DNA from: Octopus sinensis | Taxonomy: Eukaryota | Reading direction: 5' to 3' | DNA length: 64,000 nucleotides | NCBI RefSeq assembly: GCF_006345805.1 | Contig: NC_043007.1 | Location: 4,712,001 to 4,776,000, forward strand | In this document: positions 25,066 to 38,589 of the stretch, in pieces | Layout of the letters: every line of letters starts with the position of its first letter | How positions within the stretch are numbered: position 1 is the stretch's first letter | Notes under the pieces: generated by a model | Database searches by the model: none | The model's input: only the letters and a program-made list of their open reading frames with translations | What the model was told of the DNA's origin: nothing | Made by a program: the position numbers and the translations under genes

Positions 25066-25188
25066 TATATATATATATATATCTTATAATTATTAGGGAA
25101 GATTAATTCCAGATCCACAGGAATGAGACATTCAAAATTAAAGGTACTAAAGTGAACTTCTCTCAATATTTTATTCATATATATATAT

Positions 25189-25375
25189 AAGTAGTTTTAG
25201 TGACAGAACCACCCTCAAATCAATCAACATTGAAAGATATTATACCCGACAGAGCTATAAAAAATTAAATCTGAATATAGTAAGTATCATATTTAATATT
25301 TAATGGCTTGGTCGGGTATAATATCATCTTTCAATGTGGATTAAGTTGGGGATGGTTCTGTCTCTAAAACTACTT
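25189..25375. mobile_element. Palindromic MITE in (TA)n
   Basis: aagtagttttagtgacagaacca...tatacccgac is inverted by gtcgggtata...tggttctgtctctaaaactactt; TA runs on both sides. Confidence 0.7.
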
Positions 25376-25392
25376 TTATATATATATATATA

Positions 25393-25584
25393 TTTTTACG
25401 TGCAGGTGGCACGTAAAAAGCACCCACTACACTCACGGAGTGGTTGGCGTTAGGAAGAGCATCCAGCTGTAGAAACATTGCCAGATAAGACTGGAGCCTG
25501 GTGCAGCCTTCTGGCTTCCCAGATCCCCGGTCGAACCGTCCAACCCATGCTAGCATGGAGAACGGACGTTAAACAATGATGAGG
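25393..25584 (+). mobile_element. RTE 3' tail insertion (filled site)
   Basis: Absent from the paralogous copy at about 26995. Confidence 0.9.
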
Positions 25585-25729
25585 ATATATCTCAAAAGAA
25601 TGTGTTATAATACTATTCCACATATACAAAAACAGCCATACCAACAATTCAACATAACTCCATCATCAGCAGCACCACAGATATCACTATGGTTTCGACA
25701 CCTGGGCAGTACTATTCAATATATATATA

Positions 25730-26111
25730 TCTCTATATATAAAGCTGAAGTTGTCTGTGTATGGCAGGTTTGGTAGCCTTCTCCTCCGAGACCCTGCGGC
25801 GCAAGTTGACCAAAATTGAGAGTATGATAGAAAAAGACTTGCTCTTCATTCCATAGAAGAAAAAATTCAAATCGGACCATGTTAACACCAAAAATTATTT
25901 AAAAATAATAATGAAATTATTGTATACAGTGCTCAGGTGCACCACGTCAAAAAGGTGCTTTTTTTCTATGAAAATCCCTATTTTTTACGATTTTTTTACT
26001 GCTGTGTCGCCATTTTTCGGTGTATTTCAACCAGAAAAATGTTCACTTAAAGAGAATAACAAGCTACATAATGCAGAAACAAACCCGAGCAATGCCGGGC
26101 AATACTGCTAG
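25730..26111 (+). mobile_element. Non-autonomous Helitron
   Basis: 5' TC, subterminal hairpin cccgagcaatgccggg (26084-26099), 3' CTAG, inserted between A and T; second copy at 42677-43066. Confidence 0.85.
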
Positions 26112-26173
<62 letters not shown>

Positions 26174-26713
26174 TGTTACCAGTCCAAATATGCTTGATAC
26201 ATACTGAAGCCTGTAAGAAAGCCATTCCCTACATTTTGTCATGAGAAAGCTTCTCTTGCTGCAGACAGGTGTAAACAAAGCAAATCAGTTGAGAGCGCCC
26301 TCTACCTAGAATTGATAAATGAACTTACTTACGAACGTAAGTATGTATGTATATATGTATGTATATGTTTAATTTAGACTAGATTGGTTATCTAACACTG
26401 ATATAATCAATTAACTGTGCAATGATCAGTAAAATATATAATTAATTCACTGGATAGTAATCAATATAATTAATTAACAAGCAGTTTTGGTGGTCAGTAG
26501 ACTGGTGTATAATCAAATTAATTATGTAGGGGTCAGTAGTAAGTTTGACATAATAAAATCAAACTCTGCAAGGATCAGTTAGAATATGTGATACAATTAA
26601 TTAGCAAACAGTGGTCAGTAAAACATATAATTAAGTCACAGTAAAATTGTCAGCTTAATCAATATACTAATTGGGTGATCAGTGCACTGACCAATAAAAG
26701 CTCTACTTCCCCC

Positions 26714-26760
<47 letters not shown>

Positions 26761-26905
26761 TACATACATACACATATGTACACTCACACATGTAGGGACA
26801 TTACCAATATTAAGCAGCTTCAAACACAAAATTTGAATTTTGTTCAATATGTGTGTGTATGTATATAAACACATATGTAACTATATATATATATAAAGTA
26901 TATCT

Positions 26906-27205
26906 ATATTTAACATTTGATGGCTTGGTCGGGTATAATATCATCTTTCAATGTGGATTAAGTTGAGGATGGTTCTGTCTCTAAAACTACTTTTATATAT
27001 CTCAAAAGAATGTGTTATAATACTATTCCACATATACAAAAACAGCCATACCAACAATTCAACATAACTCCATCATCAGCTGCACCACAGATATCACTAT
27101 GGTTTCGACACCTGGGCAGTACTATTCAATATATATATCTCTCTATATAAAGTTGCAGTTGTCTGTGTATGGCAGGTTTGGTAGCCTTCAACTAACACTA
27201 TCTCG
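26906..27205 (+). repeat. Local duplicate of about 25289-25781 lacking the RTE insertion
   Basis: Near-identical sequence from atggcttggtcggg to ggtagccttc. Confidence 0.9.
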
Positions 27206-27589
27206 TGAGCTGAAACTAGATAAAATAAAAAAATAAAAAATATGCACATGTATATATAAGTGCATATATAAATATATGTATATGCCTATCATCATCATCA
27301 TCATCATCGTTTAACGTCCACTTTCCATGCTAGCATAGGTTGGACGATTTGACTGAGGTCTGGTAAAGTCTTGCACAAAATATTGAACACTGTGTGGGTT
27401 ACCACTGAGTGGGAACAGAAGTGAGGTGTCTGACATTACATTGACTAACAACAATAAAATGTTGCACAGAAAGTTAACACACAAACACATACACACACGT
27501 ATACATATATGTAAGTATGTACATATATATATAATGATGAAGGAAATTGTGCTCAGGTGCACTACAACTACAAAAAAAGGCCACCACAT

Positions 27590-28350
27590 GTACTGTTGGT
27601 GGATATCAGGAAGCATGGAAGTTTTGAAGGATGTTGTGTCTAAACAGCTAACAACTGATGAGGGTAGTTTATTCCATGCTTCAGCAATTCCGAGTATGAA
27701 AATGTGTTTCCGAAAGTCATGGGTGCTGTGTTGTTTTTTGATTTTATAAGCATGTCCACGAATGTTTGTCATATGGAGTTCAAAAAGGGACCCAAGGTTG
27801 TTGTTGGAAGATGGTGGATAATCTTGTGGGTGTCAATCAAGTCAGTTGCCAGACATCTGAGCTTCAATGTATCCATGCCCAAGGAAGCAAGACGTTCAGA
27901 ATATGGTAGATGTCTGATGACGGGTATTCGTTTTGTTGCACATCTCTGGACAGTTTCCAGGAGATTTATATGCTGAGAAAGATAGGGGTTCCAGACTGGT
28001 GATGCAATTCCAAGTGTGGACATACCATTGTCATATTTTAAATAGATTGCTGGAGAGCAGCTGTCAAAGGTCTTACTGAGTGATGCTAGCACCCACTCAG
28101 CCTTCTTGACAATCTTAGAGATGTGGTTTGTCCAATGCAGATCGTGGTTTACAATAATGTCCAGATCAAGTCTGCTAGAAGACTTCTTGAAATTGGTATT
28201 GCTGAGAGAGAGTATGTAAAGGCTGGATTTTCCTCCCAAAATGCAAGGTGACACACTTGTCCAAAGCCAGCTTGAGTTGCTAATTAGAGACCCATAGCTG
28301 CATTGTATCCAGGTCTGATTGCAGGAAAGATCTATAGCACATAGGATCTG
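27590..28350 (-). mobile_element. CR1-clade LINE ORF2 C-terminal pseudogene fragment
   Basis: SPVWNPYL...LETVQRCATKRI...YSERLASLG...DLIDTHKII and RGHAYKI...FRKHIF...AWNKLPSSVV. Confidence 0.9.
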
Positions 28351-28620
28351 TTATTTTTCAATGGTTACCTTTTTGAATTCAATCTCTCTACCACCTGTGA
28401 ACACATTTACAGAATCAAAAGAAGAAAAAAAGCAGCAGTTCACTCATGGCTTTTAGAAACAATTCTTCACACTGAGGATTGGCAAAAAGTTTGGAATAAA
28501 CTGCAACTGTTTTTGCCTTTCATCCTTTCACGGTCAATTAAACATTCACCAGTGAAGCCCTGGGGTCATTGTAATTGACTGTAATCCCCTCACACCATGA
28601 AATTTCCGGCCTTATGCCTA

Positions 28621-28665
<45 letters not shown>

Positions 28666-29102
28666 CACTACCACTACCACCACCATCACAACCACCACCA
28701 CCATCATCATCATTATATTTTTCTGAGGATGATTTAATCAACTTGGCTCCCCACATTTGAAGCTTGTACCAATATTTAAACTCAATATCTGAAATAAATT
28801 GTTTTATCATGTACCAATCAATGTGAATGTAATTCTATTGGACTTTTTAAATTAACTTTTATATTTTAAATGTTACTTAATCATTTTCTTGTCTCAAGAA
28901 TTTGTGCCTACAAGGCTGCAATAGGGGCACTTGTTTCTTGACCCTTTTTAATGAATAACAAAGCAAAAAAATACACTTCCTACCTTCAATAGATTCCAGA
29001 GCAGAAACTCAAACAATCAATCAAGTAAACAAACTGTGCAAAAACTGTGGCACCCAAGATTTAATTGTTGAATATGTCAGATGTATCAGTATTATATATT
29101 TC

Positions 29103-29310
29103 AAGGACAGTGAGCTGGCAGAATTGTTAGCGTGCTGGACGAAATGCTTAGCAGTATTTCACCCGTCACTATGGTCTGAGTTCAAATTCTGCTGAGGTCA
29201 GCTTTGCCTTTCATCTTTTTGGGGTCAATAAATTAAGTACCAGTCAAATACTGGGGTCAATGTAATTGACTATCCCCTTCCCCACAAATTCCAGGCCTTG
29301 TAAAAAAGGA
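29103..29310 (+). mobile_element. Family B SINE
   Basis: gagctggcagaattgttag...gagttcaaattc...ctttgcctttcatc...aagtaccag; partial copy also at 28512-28622. Confidence 0.8.
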
Positions 29311-29328
29311 TTATCATCATCATTGTCA

Positions 29329-29332
<4 letters not shown>

Positions 29333-29366
<34 letters not shown>

Positions 29367-29566
29367 GCCAGACTCGTCTGGCACCTATGCCAGTGGCACG
29401 TAAAAAGCACCCACTACACTCATGGAGTGGTTGGCATTAGGAAGGGCATCCAGCCGTAGAAACATTGCCAGATCAAACTGGGCCTGGTGCAGCCTTCTGA
29501 CTTCCCAGACCCCAGTTGAACCGTCCAACCCATGCTAGCATGGAAAGCAGACGCTAAACGATGATG

Positions 29567-29600
<34 letters not shown>

Positions 29601-29830
29601 TATTATTATTATATTATTATTATTATTGCCAGACTCGTCTGGCACCTATGCCAGTGGCACGTAAAAAGCACCCACTACACTCATGGAGTGGTTGGCATTA
29701 GGAAGGGCATCCAGCCGTAGAAACATTGCCAGATCAAACTGGGCCTGGTGCAGCCTTCTGGCTTCCCAGACCCCAGTTGAACCGTCCAACCCATGCTAGC
29801 ATGGAAAGCAGACGCTAAACGATGATGATG

Positions 29831-29875
<45 letters not shown>
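29333..29875 (+). repeat. Tandem duplication (260 bp period) of an RTE tail between (ATT)n tracts
   Basis: 29366-29568 and 29626-29832 differ at one visible base outside the tail. Confidence 0.92.
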
Positions 29876-29878
<3 letters not shown>

Positions 29879-31689
29879 CATTTCAAACCTGATTGATTAT
29901 ACCTATGTTTAAAGGCACTCCAGCCATGACTATCTCTTTTTAGGATCATAGAAGACTTTGTGAGGTAATTTGTCCTTTTCCATATTTAAATGTTTTTGGT
30001 GTAATCTGAGGGAAATTTTGCTGCTATTTCTATCGAGTAGCCATTCCTTTGTTGACTCTGTCAGATGTGAGGAATGATGGAGAAAGAGAAGAAGGAATTT
30101 CAGCTGGCAGAGTTCAAGAGATGCGGCTTTTGCATCTCTGAGTGAAATATTCTGTGGTTTAACCATGAACTTTGCAGCAATCAAGGAACGGCCAGAGGAA
30201 CAAAACTAATGGTAATCAAGCCAATTATGAGATGTTCACCAAATTGTGACATAATTATTTCTTACACAGCAACAAAGTCAGAAATATATGCTTGAGGGTG
30301 GGGCGTATAATTAATTATGTTGGAACAAGCTGTTGTTGTTTAGCCTCAGGTCAACCTCAACTGAGATGATTTATGGTCAAAGACGTTCCACATATGACCA
30401 CCCAATCTTTTTGTAAATGCAAAACCACATTTGTTTCAGTGTGTCCTTCTTTATTTGTAAGATGGTTAGGTATGAGTATTAGTTTAGAGAATTTGACTGC
30501 TATTTTTTGCTGGCTGAACAACCACTTGGAAACTTCTTCATTGGTTCAATTTTAAACCAGAGTATATTACTGGTACTCGTTTTACTGACCGCTACTTGCC
30601 CACACACATGCCATAAAAAAAGCAATAAAAGTTTGGCCCAGAACATAAAGGAACATAGCTAAATGCCAAAATGATGTTATCTTTATCCATTTGGCATCCA
30701 TCCAGGGGCTCTCATGAACTCAGGGGTTCTTTTAAGCAATCTATTTTTTCACAGTCGACTTGATGCCAGTCCTTCACAATAACTCCATAGTGAATGAGAC
30801 CCCTGTAGATTGGAGGTATATTAAGCAGGATTTGAACTCAATGAGCCAGAACAAATATAAATAGTTAGACACTCTAACCAATGCTCCACCAAGTTTTCCA
30901 GTTCTTTGCAAAACTTTATTCTACCATTCTGATGGTTCATCTCTGAAACTGTGATAAAAACAAAACCTTCAGAGGTGCATACATAGCAGTATGGTTAACA
31001 AGTTCACATTACGATGGTTATAGGTTCAGTCCCACCACTTGGAGTTTTAGGAAACTTCTTCTGCTGTTGCCCTGGATAGATAAATACCAAATGAGTGAAC
31101 ATGGATCTATGGAAATTCTTTGAAGCCTCTTGGGTGAACTGCAACCGTTTTGAGGGAGTGGCTTCATCCATTGAGTAATTTCATCCATAGAGCAGTAGAT
31201 TTTATTGACTGTTGTAGCGTTGTGGGTTTCATTCATTGACTGGTTTAGCAGCTCTGCTTTGCCCTTAAGTGTCTTAAGCAGAATTGTTTCTGTTGCAAGC
31301 ATTTAGAGCAGGTCTCAGTTTCAAGATAACCAATGAAGGAAGGTACCTCTCTCCAGATCTTCCAGCAGTTTTGAAGGCCCTACAAAAAAGTGTGTGGTTG
31401 CAACCCCTCCCCTTTTGACTGAGCCACAAAAACAAGCAACAACCACAACAGCAGCAATAACAAAATTCAGTCAAGTTGTCCTGTTAATAGTTGTTTGTTT
31501 GCATTTCATAATATATTTTGGGATATAAAGTGGTGGATGCTATGAAAAGCAATGACATCGAGAAACTGTGCCCAAAACTGGAATGCATGAGCGAGACATG
31601 GGTCATCGAAGGAAGGCAGCAGCTCTGAATAAGGACAGACTCAAATCCATGACAATCCATCCAACACATGCCAGCATGGAAAGCAGACA

Positions 31690-32505
31690 AAATGACAATC
31701 ATAATGATGACAATGACAATGGTGATAAGAATGATGATGATGATGATGATGATGACGACGACGACGATGATGAGGAGGAGGAGGAGGTGGAGGAGGAGGA
31801 GGATGTAGAGGACAATGATTATGATGATAATCATAACAACAATGATGATTATGACAACAGTATAACATTGATGATGATGATGATGATGATGATGATGACA
31901 GCAACAACAACAATGACAAAAGTGGTGGTGATGAAGATGATGGTGATGATGATGATGATGATGATGATGATTTGTAAAGCCTGTTGTCACTGGTTCAATC
32001 CCTGTTACACTATGTTTCTATTAGTGAGAGAAACAAAAGAATGTCCATGCAACTTGGCCGCAAAAGAAAATGGTAACAAAAGAGTATTTCTGTTTGAATG
32101 CACCAGTTTATTGGTTTTTGCCATTAAATTTTACAATTTTCAAAAGCATACATACATACAGCCATATACATGTACATTTATATATACATGCACACATACG
32201 TACACACATGCATACATATGTACATACATATGTACATGCATACATAGTACAGACATACACGCACACATACATATGTTACATACATACACATATACATACA
32301 CACATACACACACATACATACATGCATGCATATGTACATATACACACACACATACATACACTCACATACATACATGCATGTACACACGCATGCATACATG
32401 CATACATACATACATACATACATACATACATACATACATACATACAAATATATATACAGACATACATACATACATAAATACATACATACATGCATACATA
32501 CATAG
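31690..32505. repeat. (GAT/GAC/GAG)n tract and (TACA)n tract
   Basis: Visible directly; explains the 314 aa ORF. Confidence 0.9.
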
Positions 32506-32585
32506 TATATGAGAACAGCTGTTCCCAATAAGAAATGATTGTGATAACCTGTCCAATTCAGGCAAGCATGGAAGCCACCATAAAA

Positions 32586-32632
<47 letters not shown>

Positions 32633-33835
32633 ATTCAAGTTTAATGGCTGTTGTTGAATATTTTCAAGTCCCATAAATCATACTTCATACGGATAACATA
32701 TGAATCTATATATATTTATATACGGAGCTAAATTTTTAATGCAATACATTCGCATGGCGATAGGAAGAGTATACCTCAGTAAAAAGAAGCCAAACCAAAG
32801 CCCAAACATATAATCACATAATACACACAAGTGACCGTTTCTTGTTGCATGCATCACATGGCAAAATGACTGCGATGAGTGGTGCAATGTTAAGCTGCAA
32901 TTCATTCCAGCAAAGAATAACAGACTGACATTAAATTTAGAAACTTATTTTAATTAAGAATTCTTTGGTTTTTATTTAGAAACTCGTTGTTGTTGTTGTT
33001 GTTGTATATTCCGGGTTGTTTTAAATTCCAACAGACATGGCATTCATTGATGTTAACCTGTGAATATATGAACGTTTAATACGATCAATACTTATGTAAC
33101 CGAAAGCTTATGAGGTGGATGGTCTGTAGGTACATAAAGTTAATCAAAGCAATTCCAATGCAAACCATCGCAACGAGTGGAATGTTGTGAGGTTGTGTAG
33201 AACGGTGTGTGTGTGTGTGTGTTCTATGTCCAATATGTTCAAACACAAACAACCAGACACAGCTGCGGTACCGCCGTTCATTATTCCAAGGATTCTCTGA
33301 TACTCTGCCTCGAGAGAAAAACACTAAATTCTTTCAACCATACTTAACAAGGCAACAGAATTGGTAAAGAGAGAGGGGAAAAAAAGTGAGAATCTTTTGG
33401 TGAGTCATAGTAGCAAGACCGAATAATCTTTCAGAGGAATTAATAATAAAAGCAGGATTTACAACCCAATGAGTGAGTTTCTACATGGCTGCTTGATTTG
33501 CTAGAAATAGTAACTAAATCTCTTTCAAACCAAGCCCTGCAGAATTGTAAACAAAGAAGGATGCAGGATAATCCTTAAAAATATGGTTGGAAGACTTTTG
33601 ATCAGAGATCTGCTTAATCAAAGCTGACCTAAAGCCAAACAACAGCTAAATATTGTCAAAGCAATAAGGGAGTAGCTATATGGATCTTTAGATTTGTAGA
33701 AATAGCAGTCAAATTTACCTTACGCTACTCTCCTCATGCTTCAAAATTGAAAGAATATTTGGGATAAGTGATCCTAGATACACTACAACCTGAAAAATTG
33801 GCAAAATGGTCACAGCTTAAATGCTTTTCAACCAT

Positions 33836-34185
33836 AGGGCCTTTGTGAGGCTCAAAGTTCAAAGGTCATGCCTCACCACCTTGTCCCATGTCTTCCTGGT
33901 TCTACCTCTGCCACAGATTCCCTCCACTGTTAGAGTTTAGCACTTCTTTACTTAACCGTCCTCGTCCATATGCATCACATGACCATTCCAATGCAGTCGT
34001 CTCTCTTGCACACCACATCTCATGCCTCTTATGCCCAGGTTTTCTCTCAAGATACTTACACTCTGTCATGTATGCACACTGACATTGCACATCCAGCCAA
34101 GCATATTGGCTTCATTTCTTTCATGCCTACTCACGTCCTCAGCAGTCATGGCCTATGTTTCACTACCATGTAGCATAACTGTTCA
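33836..34185 (-). mobile_element. RTE ORF2 C-terminal fragment
   Basis: Homologous to 11020-11370. Confidence 0.8.
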
Positions 34186-34332
34186 CAAGACCTACAACTA
34201 GTAAGCATGTAAGCCAGTATAAGTATATCTAGGACTACATTGTGCAACATGTTTTTGCAAAGTAGTGCAGCATATTCCAGAAGGAATTTGCATGGGACCT
34301 CCTTAAATCAAATGACTGTATAAAAGTTCCGA

Positions 34333-34537
34333 CATCATCATCATCATCATCATCATCATTGTTTAACGTCCGCTTTCTATGCTAGCATGGGTTGGACGAT
34401 TTTGACTGAGGGCTGGTGAACCAGATGGCTGCACCAGGCTCCAGTCTTGATCTGGCAGAGTTTCTACAGCTGGATGCCCTTCCTAACGCCAATCACTCTG
34501 AGAGTGTAGTGGGTGCTTTTTACGTGCCACTGGCACG
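34333..34537 (-). mobile_element. RTE 3' tail copy
   Basis: (ATC)n followed by the reverse-complement tail. Confidence 0.88.
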
Positions 34538-34920
34538 ATTGTTATAAGGTTGTGGATTGTAAGAATCATAGAAGTATCAGACAAAATACCTTGTGATGGT
34601 AGTGGCTGTGATGGTAGTGGAGGTAGTGGTAGTGTCATTGATGTTAATAAAATTTCTAATATTCCTTATCCTACTTTTTGTTATTGTAGTTGTTATTACT
34701 GAAGGCAATTTCTCTGATTTTTGTTTTTCTTTTTGTATTAGAGTCAATGTGGCTGTTGCCTTTTTTTATTGAATTTCTTATTTAATTATTTTTGTTTTTC
34801 TATTAAATTTTTGTTTGTTTGTTTGTCAGTGTTTTGAAATTCTCCAACCAACATTTTACAGTTGACAGTTAAGGATTTAATTTTCTACATTTTTCAATGT
34901 TCAAATAAACTATTATTAAA

Positions 34921-35009
34921 TGAAATTATCTTCATCATCATCATCATCGTCGTCATCATCAACATCATCATCATCATCATCATCATCATCGTCATCATCG
35001 TCGTCGTCG

Positions 35010-35041
<32 letters not shown>

Positions 35042-35111
35042 GTCATCATCATCATCGTCGTCATCATCAACATCATCTTCATCATCATCATCGTCATCAT
35101 CGTCGTCGTCG

Positions 35112-35149
<38 letters not shown>

Positions 35150-35610
35150 GTCATCATCATCATCATCATCGTCATCATCATCGTCATCATCATCATCATC
35201 ATCATCGTCGTCGTCGTCATCATCATCATCGTCATCGTCATCGTCGTCTTCATCCTCATCAACATCATCAACATCAGCAGCAGCATCATCGTCATCATCA
35301 TTATCATCTTCATCATCATCGTCGTCGTCGTCGTCATCATTGTTGTCGTCATCATCACGAACATCATCATCATCATCATCATCATCATCACTGTCGTCGT
35401 CGTCATCATCATCATCATCATCATCATCACTGTCGTCGTCGTCGTCATCATCATCATCATCATCATCATCCTCATCATGGTCATTATTGTTATTGCTGTT
35501 GCTACTACTACTACTACCACAAAACTACCACAACAACAACTAACACTACTGCTGCTACCACTGCTGCTGCTGCTGTTGTTGTTGTTACTGTGGTTGCTGC
35601 TGCTGCTGGT
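34921..35610. repeat. Long (ATC/GTC)n microsatellite followed by (CTA/CTG/TTG)n
   Basis: Visible directly; source of the poly-Ser, poly-Ile and poly-Met ORFs. Confidence 0.95.
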
Positions 35611-36182
35611 TATTAATGTATTTTTGCCATCAAAACTGACAGCTGGTGTCAATCATTTTTCTTTAAATGAATTTTCCTTATAGCAACACAAATTTTGGTT
35701 CCGTATCATCAGCTGTTCGTATTTATCGTTGAGGAGGTGGGGTGGGGGATGGAGTGCCATTGTTGCACAGCAAAAAGTCAAATTCAATGACCCCCAGGTA
35801 TTCTTCGACAATGAATTGTGTTATTTGGCTTAAGTTTAGTAAATACAAAACAAACAAAAGAATACAATCTATCGAAATTGATGGAAGAATTGTCTCTCTT
35901 TAGTTACCAAACATGAAATCCCACACCTTCTTGATATAAGGGAACCTTAACATATTTCATTTTTGGATTTGGTTTGCAAGATTCTTTATATAAGTTCATG
36001 TGTTGAAGCATATTCTGTTGTGTCTGGAGAGAGTCAAGACTACTGAAAAGGTTGCAAGACGCAACAAAAATCTTAAGATATTGATTTGCTAGAAATATCA
36101 GCTAAATTTCTCTCAAATAAAAATTTTTGCAAGAAGGACACATGGGATTAAGTCGTTGAGGAAAAAAATCATGGTTAACATC

Positions 36183-36575
36183 AGGTGTGGCGATGTGGCA
36201 AGATGGTTGTTTTCCAACCACAAGGTTCTGGGTTCGGTCCCACTGCAGGGTACCTTGAGCAAGTGTCTTCTACTAAAGCCGCAAGCCAACCAAAGCCTTG
36301 TGAGTGGATTTGGTAGACGGAAACTAAAAGAAGCCTATTGTATATAGATACATGTGTGTGTGTGTGTTTGACCCCACTACAGTTTGAATTGGTGTGTTTA
36401 CATCCCTATAACTTAGTAGTTCAGCAAAAGAGGCTGATAGGATAAGTATCTGCTTTACAAAAATAATAAAAATAATAAGTACCTGGGTGAATTTGTTTGA
36501 CTAAAATCTTTCAAGGTGGTGCTCCAGCATGGCCACAGTCTAATATCTGAAGTAAGTAAACAATAAAATATAAAA
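36183..36575 (+). mobile_element. Family A SINE
   Basis: Collinear with 5055-5430. Confidence 0.85.
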
Positions 36576-37304
36576 GGCAAACATTCTAAAGAAATGCTTC
36601 TTAATAATGGTTATTCCAGATTGGGTTGCTTCTTCGACCATGTGTATTTCCAGTTGTTTTCCGAACTGGAGATTTACAAGGATTTCCATAAAGGAAGAAC
36701 CCATATGAAGGAAGCAAATGCTAACATCAATTCTCGCTCCTAAGCTATTATCTTCCAAGGTTAACGTTGTCAACAGCTCCAAATATGTCAGCTTGAAGGT
36801 AGATTGTTGTTGTTGTTGTTATGGTTACTGTTTAACCTTCGACCATTTCTAATTTTTACTATAACAATCCTGTCCTTTTTATTCTTTTATTCTCTTTTGT
36901 ATCAGGAATGGTATATTGAGAACAACATTATCTAAGATATTCTTGCTTTTTTCCAAAATGGTAAATTGGCTTCTATTTCTAGCAGATCATTCCCCCATGT
37001 AGATGCTTCCTCATTGGCTCCAAATCTCAGCCTCCTTCCAGACCATATTATCTGTCTACTGAATGAATGTCATTTCATTTCTTCAGTAAATACAGGGAAG
37101 CATGGGAGCCAGTCAGGGGCCACTGGCATTGACCATGTTCATATGGTCAGGTAGCAATGGCCACAGCTAAGCTTTTGATTTTACTTGACTCAACAGGTCA
37201 TCTCAAGCATATCATATCAATAACTGATGAAGAATTAGGGTCCGGTTGTTAAACAATGATGATGATGATGATGATGATGATTGCTGTTTGCATTTATATG
37301 TTTT

Positions 37305-37942
37305 TTTCTTTTATTCTATTATTTTTTTCAGTCATTTGACTGTGGCCATGCTGGAACACCATCTTTTTAGTGGAACAAATCGCCCCCAGGACTTATTCTT
37401 TGCAAGCCTGGTACTCATTCTATTGGTCTCTTTTGCCGAACCGCTAAGTTACAAGGACCTAAATACATCAACATCAGTTCTCAAGCGATGATGGTGGGGA
37501 CAAACACAGACACACAACATACACATACACGCACACATACACACACATATACAACAGACTTCTTTCAGTTTCTGTCTACCAAATCCACTCACAACGCTTT
37601 GGTTGGCCTGAGGCTATAGCAGAAGACACTTACCTAAGGTGCCATGCAGTGGGACTGAACCAATGCCTCCTGACTGGCTCCCATGCTGGTGGTGCATAAA
37701 AAACACCTTTTGAGCATGGTCATTGCCAGAACTGCCTGACTGGCCCTCGTGCCAGTGGCATGTAAAAGCACCCACTTTACTCTCAGAGTGGTTGGCATTA
37801 GGAAGGGCATCCAGCTGCAGAAACTTTGCCAGATCAGACTGGAGCCTGGTGCAGCCTTCATGGTTTTCCAGACCCCGGTCGAACCGTCCAACCCATGCTA
37901 GCCTGGAAAGCGGACGTTAAATGATGATGATGATGATGATGA
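37305..37942. mobile_element. Family A SINE (minus, 37305-37661) joined head-to-head to an RTE tail (plus, 37665-37942)
   Basis: The SINE breaks at its B box (gggactgaacc) and switches directly to the RTE tail. Confidence 0.8.
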
Positions 37943-38589
37943 CACACATATATATTGTTAGTATTTGCGAGTATTAGTTGTTTTAATTTCAGAAAATTTT
38001 AAATGCTGTTGTTCTAATTTCAATTTATTAAGGATGAAAATGTAATTAAAACTGCAAACAAAATCTATTTATTCAATTCAAATGCAAATAAAATATATTT
38101 ACATCCCAAAAAAAAAACGCATCAGTAGACGACCCCCTCCCCCTACTCTCACTTTAATCAGTTTCTGACATTAAAAGCAAAATATTAATTAAAAAATATT
38201 TTTGGGTTTTTTTTTCTGCAAACACTGATTCTCTGATGTCCAAACCTTTAAAAATACAAAGACTTATTTTTACTCTTTTCTCTTTTTTCTAAAAGTCATA
38301 TAATAATTTGTAAGAAGGAGCTTTAAACCATCCACGTTCAAATTACTCCATGCCAGTTATTCGCCGCCCACCCATGACTGTTCCCATCTGTAATTTCTGC
38401 ATTGTTATTTGCTTCCGTTTTATGTCTTTTTTTAGAAACTCAGATTTCTCTCTGAAAGGAATTTCTGTTGTCCAACGTAAATCCTTTCAAATCCTCCATT
38501 TGGCCATATTGCACTTTGTCTGCTACTTTCATTCAACAACAGCAGCAGCTTCGACTGCAAGAACAACAAATGGTATAATCAGCAAAGTG

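Noticed and set aside
34862-35683. Long poly-Ile, poly-Met and poly-Ser ORFs (also poly-Thr/Val/Leu at 59985-61998 and the 314 aa ORF at 31568)
   Set aside because: Stop-free trinucleotide microsatellites open in several frames; no domain or splice support.
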